The translations under genes and the position numbers were made by a program. Shown in pieces: positions 61,802-64,000 of a stretch of 64,000 nt of DNA. Within the stretch, counting starts at the first letter, position 1. Every line of letters begins with the position of its first letter. The stretch is from a virus, in IMG/VR virus record IMGVR_UViG_3300014050_000004, positions 32,001-96,000 of that record. The stretch is one strand, 5' to 3'. The notes beneath the pieces were generated by a model. That model searched no databases, was not told where the DNA came from, and saw only the letters and a list, made by a program, of their open reading frames with translations.

Positions 61802-62094
61802 TTTTGGGAGTTGGCCTTGATACGGTTCAACAAAGCTTGCTTTTTGTGAGGGTAGGGTGTAAACCCTATGTTAACAATGTCTTCAGCTACTTCTCTGGTA
61901 ACTTGAAGGTCAAGAGAGCCTTCTTTTTCAGTCAGATACTCTTTCTTTTGGTCCAGGTCAAGAAGGCTAAACAGGCGATCTTCATCTACCCAAAACCCGT
62001 AGTCGTAGTCTTTACAAACAAAAACTCTGACTCTGTTTCGGAAAAATCTCACAGGGTCAGAGCTTCTATTTTCGGTGATTAAAATGTTGATCAT
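61798..62094 (-). CDS. Hypothetical protein
   Basis: 98 aa; ATGA overlaps on both sides. Confidence 0.65.
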   Translation of the reverse strand: MINILITENRSSDPVRFFRNRVRVFVCKDYDYGFWVDEDRLFSLLDLDQKKEYLTEKEGSLDLQVTREVAEDIVNIGFTPYPHKKQALLNRIKANSQK

Positions 62095-62396
62095 TTCGAT
62101 TGTTTCTGGTTAATACGAGAGCAATCCTCCTCATAGAGGCTTTGCAAGTTTAGCCACAACTGTTTGCCTGTTCCGAAGATGTCCCCAAGCCTTTCAGCAA
62201 GAAGCTCATCTATGTCGGCTTCTCCGGCTTCAATCTCGTAGAGTTCTCCCACAGTTAGACCTGTTTCTCCGGCTAAATCATGAGGGGAAATGTTCTTTTC
62301 CTGCCTCATTTCCTCAAGCACACTGCCTGGGTGCAAAGCCCAATCAGAGTCCCAGTTTGAGCTAAATCCAGTCATCATCAGTATGAAACCTTTCAC
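62091..62396 (-). CDS. HigA/VapI-like HTH antitoxin homolog
   Basis: HPGSVLEE...DLA...GL...L.EI..G...I...LAERLG..FGT...LWLNLQ..YE, the HigA signature. Confidence 0.8.
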   Translation of the reverse strand: MKGFILMMTGFSSNWDSDWALHPGSVLEEMRQEKNISPHDLAGETGLTVGELYEIEAGEADIDELLAERLGDIFGTGKQLWLNLQSLYEEDCSRINQKQSK

Positions 62397-62436
62397 ACCT
62401 TATTATAGGTCGTTTGGAGGGTCCGGTAAAGTTCGG

Positions 62437-63003
62437 TTAACCGATCTGACAAGTCCCCAAAACGTATCCAAGTATTTCTGAAGCTCGAGATTCCGGGGGT
62501 CCGTCAATTTCGAAATTGAGCCCGTTGTCAAACTCTTTCAGATGGCTTTGAACCAGGTTATCAATCTCTTTCGCCTCTTTCTCAGATTCCCACCTTCCGC
62601 GAGTGTCGAACGGTCCTACGCGCTTCAAGAAAAAGTTCAGATGAGTGACATTCTCTTTCTCGGCCTCCCTTAGGAAAGCTTTGGCAGCCTCTCCAACATA
62701 CTTGTCTTCCCCTTTCGATCTGTACTCCTGGTAGACTCCTGCAAGCAGAATGGGACTGTCTGTGACAATGTAGTCAACCTTGCCGTACAAGGTGCTTTCG
62801 TAGGAACTTTGCTTCCCAAGCAAGTACAACTGGTCGCTCTGTTTAACCTTACGATCGCTCCAAGCCCAATGTTTCACATATTCCCTAACAAGTTCAACAT
62901 GAAGACCGAGAAGCTTCATCTGACCAAAAAGTAAAGCGGCAGTAGTAGATTTACCACACCCTGGCCCGCCAAACAGATTTATAACGATCGTATTGTTTCT
63001 CAT
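62437..63003 (-). CDS. P-loop nucleotide kinase/ATPase (AAA_28 / NadR-type)
   Basis: INLFGGPGCGKSTTA, V.EYVK, IVTDSPILL, F.TRGR.ES motifs. Confidence 0.75.
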   Translation of the reverse strand: MRNNTIVINLFGGPGCGKSTTAALLFGQMKLLGLHVELVREYVKHWAWSDRKVKQSDQLYLLGKQSSYESTLYGKVDYIVTDSPILLAGVYQEYRSKGEDKYVGEAAKAFLREAEKENVTHLNFFLKRVGPFDTRGRWESEKEAKEIDNLVQSHLKEFDNGLNFEIDGPPESRASEILGYVLGTCQIG

Positions 63004-63329
63004 ACGTACCTTTTGTAGAGAATTCGGTTGACTTTTGAGATCACCCTGTTGTTAAATCTGCCCCAAGGAGTTAGCTGTCTGTGTAGCACTCGCATAGCTG
63101 ATCGAGGCGTCTCGCACTTGATACAACGTCCGTTATGTTCAGTGGGGAAGTACACTTGATACATTGAAGTGACAGCTTGCCTGTTCGGCTCCGGCTCAAA
63201 CTTGTTTACTACTACAACACCTATCTGCTGTCGATTGCGAACATCGTAGCAAACAGCTCTGAAAGTGGAAAGGTCATTTCTAACCACTTTTATCAAAAGT
63301 TTCCCTTGGGGATCTTCATTGTGAATCAT
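63000..63329 (-). CDS. Hypothetical protein
   Basis: 109 aa; overlaps its neighbours. Confidence 0.6.
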   Translation of the reverse strand: MIHNEDPQGKLLIKVVRNDLSTFRAVCYDVRNRQQIGVVVVNKFEPEPNRQAVTSMYQVYFPTEHNGRCIKCETPRSAMRVLHRQLTPWGRFNNRVISKVNRILYKRYV

Positions 63330-63448
63330 AGATGCCTGTAATGTTTGAGGGAGGAATAGACGAAATTGAAGACAATGACCATAAACACTCTCCTTAACGC
63401 TAGCAGTGCCAGTATGATTAGCAGTGTTTTCGTAGCTAGATTCTCCAT
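63326..63448 (-). CDS. Small membrane peptide
   Basis: MENLATKTLLIILALLALRRVFMVIVFNFVYSSLKHYRHL (start revised to 63448). Confidence 0.5.
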   Translation of the reverse strand: MENLATKTLLIILALLALRRVFMVIVFNFVYSSLKHYRHL

Positions 63449-63479
63449 TTTCGGGTTTGCGTGGTATGGGAAAGGCAGG

Positions 63480-64000
63480 TTAGATGTCAAGGTCAAGGTG
63501 TGAAAGTTCACCCAACCCCATGAAGTCAACCCCTTTATGCACTATGTGGTAATCGATGTGCCAGTGGCCATGTATCCAAAGATCTGGCTTATGAATCTCC
63601 AGCATGTTGTCGAAGCATTTGCGGGTTGCACAAGGAATGTCTAGCATTCCAGGGTACACCCTGGAAATTACTGATTCTGGGCACTCGTGACTGATTACGA
63701 CTCTGGGTTTGGCCAATTCGTAAACCTCGATGATTTTGCAAAGCTGAGAGTAGCTCAGTTCCTCATCGTGCCACCAATCGTAGCCTTCAGTGCGCAGGTG
63801 TTTGTCTATGGAGAGTGCCCCGCCGACACAGAAAATGTCATCACGCCCAAGTGCCGATTCCCCGTCAGCAACATAATAAGGATGCCCCTTGCATTCTTCA
63901 AGATTGTCATGGTTGCCCCTTATAAAAAAGTGCTCCCCTTGAGCCATGGCATCAGTGGGGGGACCTTCGAGCTTTTCTCCAGTGCGATAGTTTCGAAAAC
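63480..64000 (-). CDS. Calcineurin-like metallophosphoesterase (5' end beyond the window)
   Basis: FIRGNHDN, GGALSID, VISHECP and WIHGHWH motifs; the frame stays open to the window edge. Confidence 0.85.
   Translation of the reverse strand, partial: FRNYRTGEKLEGPPTDAMAQGEHFFIRGNHDNLEECKGHPYYVADGESALGRDDIFCVGGALSIDKHLRTEGYDWWHDEELSYSQLCKIIEVYELAKPRVVISHECPESVISRVYPGMLDIPCATRKCFDNMLEIHKPDLWIHGHWHIDYHIVHKGVDFMGLGELSHLDLDI

Noticed and set aside
1-64000. tRNA, rRNA, IS elements, integrase
   Set aside because: Intergenic gaps are nearly all under 110 nt; no cloverleaf, transposase or recombinase motifs were recognised by eye. A tRNAscan/Infernal run would be needed to exclude small RNAs.

Overview
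This window is a gene-dense, ~46-48% GC (by eye) segment of a large contractile-tailed (myo-type) dsDNA phage genome, probably a cyanophage. That host call is inferred from a mitochondrial-type (Pol gamma-like) family A DNA polymerase, PhoH, ThyX and cyanophage-style tail-fibre modules. Almost everything is on the minus strand. Order along the window: tape-measure N-terminus and a tail protein; nucleotide/DNA metabolism (5'-3' exonuclease, ThyX, DEDDh exonuclease); three related tail-fibre genes; an accessory block at 17.5-26.2 kb; PhoH; terminase; neck, baseplate and tube genes; a Mu-like head module (MCP, decoration, MuF-like, protease-scaffold, DUF935-type portal); a 1205-aa sheath; tail chaperones; Pol gamma-like polymerase; a GyrA/ParC-like gene; an orphan HigA-like gene; a P-loop kinase; and a metallophosphoesterase cut by the window edge. 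I saw no tRNA, rRNA, CRISPR array or IS. There are three main observations. (1) The 17.5-26.2 kb block looks like a modular, possibly virion-packaged effector system: an identical-pattern 18-residue Cys module heads both a protein kinase and an HNH nuclease, small paralogous partner genes overlap two of the larger genes, and several proteins share an N-terminal G-x-F-[DS] tag and an F-[SA]-E motif that recurs seven times in the scaffold. (2) A conserved GGGTA(A/T)(A/G) element sits mostly 21-33 nt upstream of many late genes on both strands and is a candidate phage late promoter. (3) A canonical C CCA AAG -1 slippery site joins two tail-chaperone-like domains. All family assignments come from motifs recognised by eye; no database search was run.
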